Shown here piece after piece: positions 38,001 through 44,000 of a DNA stretch of 64,000 bases; position 1 is the stretch's first letter; every line of letters begins with the position of its first letter. The stretch spans positions 2,427-66,426 of the forward strand of contig JAZRBV010000050.1 in the NCBI GenBank assembly GCA_045635225.1. The letters run 5' to 3'. The position numbers were made by a program, and so were the translations under genes. Below the pieces are notes generated by a model. It was given only the letters and a program-made list of their open reading frames with translations, searched no databases and had not been told where the DNA came from. Source of the DNA: Eubacteriales bacterium. GTDB lineage: Bacteria > Bacillota > Clostridia > Oscillospirales > CAG-272.

Positions 38001-41000
38001 CGTCTCGTAAACAATAAGTATTACGACGCAGCAACAGGTAAGCTCATCGACAATCCTTACGTTGACAGAGCGCTTCAGAACAAGCTCGTCGACTACATCA
38101 AAAATTATGTATCTATCCCCGAGCTTGACGGCGAGGACGTAGATAAGGTTCTTGAGTTTGTGGGCAACCTCACCAACGAGAAGATCCTCAACTACGTTGA
38201 GTCGAAGGAGTGGCTCTTCGACAAGGCTATGGCTAAGTCCATCCACTACATCGACGCACTCGTAGCTAAGATCCCCGATAGATTTATCAACAATCCCTGC
38301 TTCATGTCTATGTTCTACGAGGGACCCGAGAAGTTCGGCTTCGAGCAGTCTCTTACCGTAGACCTCTATGAGCTTGAGCTCGAGCTCCGCAAGAACCTCC
38401 CCGAGAGATTCGCTAAGTACGAGTCCGCTATCATCTTCGTGATGGGCGAGCTCAGAAGCCGCTTCGGCGACTACGTGACTGCAGGCATCGACCTTAACGT
38501 AACCGTTCCCGACGTATCCAAGATCACCTTCATGGTAGGTGACGAGGTTTATCTCGAGGGCGTCCTTCCCAACGGCGCGTACGTTCTCCAGTTCGTAGAC
38601 CTCAAGGAATACGAGGGCAGAGAAGTGCTCGGCTGGGTAGACGAGAACGGCAATAAGGTTACCTACAAGCCCGACGGTGAGACTGTGCTCTACGCAGTTC
38701 TCGAGGAGTATGCGAGCGCTGAGTTCGCTATCACCGCGGATGCGGCATTCACCGTTGATAACGGCACCTATACCTTCGTTTACGACGGTCAGACTCATAC
38801 TCTTACCGTAGCTCCCACGTCCGCAGGTCTTACCTCCGACGACGTTACCGTAACCTGGTATAAAGATGCGATTTCTGCTGAAAATATCGTGGCAGAAGGC
38901 GCGACCCTTACTCTTGGCAGCCTCGCTGATGCGGGCACGTACTACTACACCGTAACGGTTGCAGACGATGCTAAGTTTGATCCTAAGTATTACGAGAGCG
39001 AGGCAGTTACTGTTGTAGCTCTTGCACCCATTACCGACGCTGATATCGCAGTTGATATCACCGTCACCGACAAGGCAGGAAACGTTATCGTTCCCGCGGA
39101 CCTTGTTTACGTTCCCGGTGAGGAGTACACCTTCACCGCAGACGTTACCGTTGCGAACACTGCTCTTGCGGATCTTCCCTTTGGTTCGTATAGCTATCAG
39201 TGGTACGTAAGCGATACGTCCGACTTCGCTGATGCTGTTAAGATCGACGGCGCTACCGATTCGACCTACACCGTCAGCGGCAATGCACAGGCAACGAAGT
39301 ACTACTTCTGTGAGTTCGTATTCGAGTACGATACGGTCACCGCAAGCTCCGTTGACCACGTCGGCTTCGGCGTAGAGAAGGCTGGCATTGACGCATCTAC
39401 CTTCTGGGCAGTAGCAGACGGCACGGTATATATCTACGGTGAGACGGTATCCGTTCTCGCGGCAGATTTTGCAGAGAAGTACGCAGGTCTTCTTAACGTT
39501 GAGTACGGCGCGGGCTTCGGCACCGAGGTTGGCACCGCAACTGCGAAGATCACTCTCGTTGACTCCGATAACTACTACATGTATCTTGACGGTGCGACCG
39601 TTACCGAGTCCACCCTCTCGATCACCGTTATCCCCGCGCTTCAGTTCGCTCTTACCGCGAGCGACATCACCGCTATCTACGATCCCGCTACCAACTACGA
39701 TCTCACCGCACTTGAGAGCATTGCTCTCCTCGGCACCACCGGTACCGACGGCGTCAGCGTAGTTTGGGAGAGACTCGTTGACGGCAAGTGGGTAGAGGCT
39801 ACTGCTCTCACTCTCGCTAACGTTGCTGACAGCGGCGAGTACAGAGCAACTGCGACCTACGTGCAGGCAGGCAAGACTCAGACCGCCTCCGCAAGCGTTA
39901 AGGTTACCGTAACTCCTAAGGAAGTTATGTATACCGTAAACGCAGAGTGGTGGAACGTTGTCGCCGACTTCACCTATAACGGTAAGAACCACGCGATTTC
40001 TCAGGACTTCTTCAAGACCTGGGAGGTTGCAGCTAACATTCCCGAGAACGTAAGTATCGCATATAGCTTCGCTATCGCTAACTATCTTCCCGGTACTTAC
40101 AGCGTAACTGCTACCATCAGTCCTCTGAACGGTGACGATAACTACGTTTACTCGGTATCCGAAACTCATTACACTCTCCACTACACCGTAAAGAAGGCTT
40201 CCTTCGATCTCGGTGCTCTTAAGTGGTACGTTAACAACGGCACCGAGACCAAGCTTCTCGAGAGTGCTCTCGTTAACGGCAAGCTTCCCGCAGGTCCCGC
40301 ATACACCGTATTCCTCGGCGGATACGAGAACGTATACGGCGATCTCGTTCCCAGCTACTCCACCAACGGTGCTAACGGCTATACCGACGCATCGAAGCCT
40401 GTTAAGTATCCCTCCGGCAACGGCGGCTACGAAACCTACTTCGACGGCTTCACCGTAGTTGTTGAGATCGACGGTGATACCTTCGAGCATAAGCTCAAGG
40501 ATTGCTACGACGTGACCGGCACCATCACCGCCGATGCGGTTAAGTGGGATATTGCAGGTCTCATCTTCACCTGTGGCGACGTTATCATCATCGACTCCGC
40601 CGCAGCGCTCCTCGGCTACGAGGTCAGCGTCAGCGTGAAGGACGTTTCCGCAAACGGTGAGCACAAGATCGTTAATACCAAGACCTATACTCCCGTATAC
40701 GAGTACGTTATCACGGTTACCCTTGACGGCGAGGCAGTAGACGCTCCCGCAGGTGACTACGTGATCATCATACCCGCACTTGAGAATAAGGAGAGCTTCC
40801 TTATCTCTTATAACAGCAACGGCTCCGGCGCCGCAATGGTTGACGAAACCGCTGTGGACGGTGCGTTCGAGTTCAACGCGACCGAGACCGCCTTCGGTGG
40901 TACTAAGTTTGCGGTTGCTACTCTCTATACTCCCGTAACTCCTCCCGAGCCTGAGTACGATCCTGTACACAAGACCGAGGACGGAACCGTTATCGTAACC

Positions 41001-44000
41001 GATAAGAATAATACTCTTAAGGGTTATCAGATCTCCGTCACCGAAAGCATTTACAAAGGTCAGCCGCAGACTCTTGACGGTACCCACTATCTTGTTAAGG
41101 CAGGCTACCGCATTGCCTTCGTTGATAAGCTCGGTGTAGAGAAGGAGTATACCGCTGAGGATCTCTTCGAGGTATCCGTTCTCATCCCCGGTGAGTTTGT
41201 CGATACCAAATTCACAGTGCTTGTGATCGACGGCGATACCGTCACAGTCGTTGACGTTGACGTTGTAAACGGCAGAGCAGTATTTACTGCATCCGCACTC
41301 TCTACCGTCAACTTCGCTATCGTGACCTCCGGGCCCATCGATCCTCCCACACCTCCCGAGTACGATATCAACCGTACCGAGACCTTCGTTGATGCGAACG
41401 GTCAGGAGTACACCGTAGTCGTAGTCGACACCGACAAGAAGCTCGAGGCGTACGAGACTATGATAGTCGAGGCGCGCAACGACCTCGCGGATTCTACCGA
41501 GTTCGGCACCATCGACGGCGTAAACTACGTCGGACACTTCGGCTTCAACCTTCGCTTCGTTGATGTGAATACCGGCGCTACTTATTCCGGCACCGATTCC
41601 TTCAGCGTAACCGTTACCGTTCCTAACCTTCTCGGTGCAAACTTCGTGCTTCTCGGCTACAACGGCACCGCATGGGAGGTCGTAGCAGACGGTACCGATT
41701 ACGATGTATCGAATAATACCGTAACCTTCGAGACCACCCTCTTCTCCGTATTCGCATTTGCAGAGGAGACTATTTCCGATGACGATTACGATGGCATCCA
41801 CAACGGTGGTATTAAGGAAAACGGCGAGATCATCTATAACGTAACCGTTCTTGATGACCTTACCGAAACTCTCAAGGGCTACACCGTCATCGTTAACAGC
41901 GGTGTGGTTAAAGAGCAGCCTTACGTCATCGGCGAGAATCAGTATAAGGCACTCTTCGCATACGAGATCGGCTTCATTGACGAAAACTACGTCCTGAGAA
42001 CCGAGTATAGCGGCGCAAATCAGTTCAGCGTAACGGTTGACGTTCCCACCGCACTTCAGGGCAAGACCCTTTACGTCATCGGTGAGAACGCGGACGGCAC
42101 TGCAGAGCTTCTCGCTTCCACAAGCGGCGTTGCAGGTGCGACGGTACGCTTCTTCACCACTCACTTCAACTACACGAACTTCGTTCTTGCAGAGCTCGTT
42201 TCGGGCGATGCACCCGATCATAAGATCGAGCATAACGGATCCTTCGATCACTTCGACGGAACCACTAACAGCGTTACCGTATATGACCCGAGCTACGTTC
42301 TCGAGGATTATACCATGAACGTTGGTACTATTCCCTCGACACTTACGTCTGTTACCGTAGGCAATAACGATTACATCGTTCTCGGCGGCTTCAGCATTCT
42401 GTTCAGACTTGACTTCGAAGCCTATGACGGAACCGACAGCACCTTCACCGTGAACGTAACCGTTCCCGAGGTGCTCAGAGCTCAGAACCTCGTTCTTCTC
42501 GCGAAGAGAGGCGGCGAGTGGACCGTAGTGGTTGACAGCTATGGCCACACCGAGTCTATTCAGTTCCAGACCAACACCTTCGGTACCTTCGCATTTGCTA
42601 AGGTTAAGACCGGCGGCGGTGTTACTCCTCCCGATGAGTACGACGGTATCCAGAGCGGTACTGTTGATTACACCAACGGTGCAGAGGGTGACCTGCTCAA
42701 CGTCACAGTCCTTGACACTAATAAGGTTCTTGAGGATTACGGTATCACCGTAGGCGCTATCAATAGCCTTATCGGTAGCAAGGTAGAGGCTGACGGAGGC
42801 AACTACAAGATCCTCGTTGGCTTCTCGATCGGCTTCGCAAACATCGACGGCGACCCCTACGTGGGCACCGAGTCCTTCAGCGTCAGCATCAAGACTCCCG
42901 GCTCTCTCAGAGGTAAGACTCTCGTAGTTCTTGGCAGAACTGCTGATGGCTGGCAGGTTCTTACGACCGTTAGTGATGCAGGCGAGCAGATCGCATTCAC
43001 CACTACCTACTTCTCCGACTTCGCTATTGCCGAGAGCTACGCTCCCTATCAGGGACAGCAACAGGGCAGTATGAATCACGAGAACGTAGATTACAACGTA
43101 ACCATCGTTGACCCCAATCACGTTCTTGATGGTCACCAGATCGTAGTTTCTCACGCCGCAGACGTTCCCACCGAGGTACAGCTCGGCGAGACCAAGTACA
43201 ACGTACACCTGAGCTACGACATCTCCTTCGGAGATCTCGACCTTAGCGAGAACGACAAGAAATTTACCGTAACTCTCGACGTACCCGTTTCTCTCAGAGA
43301 CCGTAAGCTCACAGTTATTCACTATGCGGCAGACGGTACCGTAGAGGATATGAACGCACAGTACGTCAGAGGCTCCCAGTACATCTCCTTCGAGACGACT
43401 CACTTCTCTATCTACGCGATAGCAGAGAAGCAGAGCGATACTCAGGGCGGTGACGATAGTGGACTTGGTATTAATCCCTGGCACATCGTCATTGCTGTAG
43501 TAGCAGTTCTCGTCATTCTTCTCATCGTTCTTCTCATTCTCAGAAGACGCGGTGGCAGAAGCATAGGCGGATCCAGACGCATTGGACGCATCGGACGCTC
43601 CGGTTACTCGAGACGCGGACGCGGCGGACGCGGCGGATACCGTTATGACGACCGTCACTACGACGTAATTGATACCATCGAGCTCTACGACGATCTTAAG
43701 AGTGCTGAGTGGAAGGCACCCACCACTGTAAGGATCAAGGCAGCTGAGCCCGCTGAGATCAAGCTCAAGGATACCGCTCCTATCGCTAACGGTCAGGCTA
43801 GGTCCAGAACCGAGACCATCACCGTAACCGAGAGAAAGGTACCCACCACCGATTACAGATCTAAGGCTACCGGCTCCGGTCTTGTTACCGAGATGCCCGA
43901 TACCAGAGTCGCAATAGTTCCTGAGAGAGTTGGTTCTACCACTGTTATCAAGCCTGTTATCAACACCGTACCCGTTGCACAGCCCACTGTTGTTGCAGCT

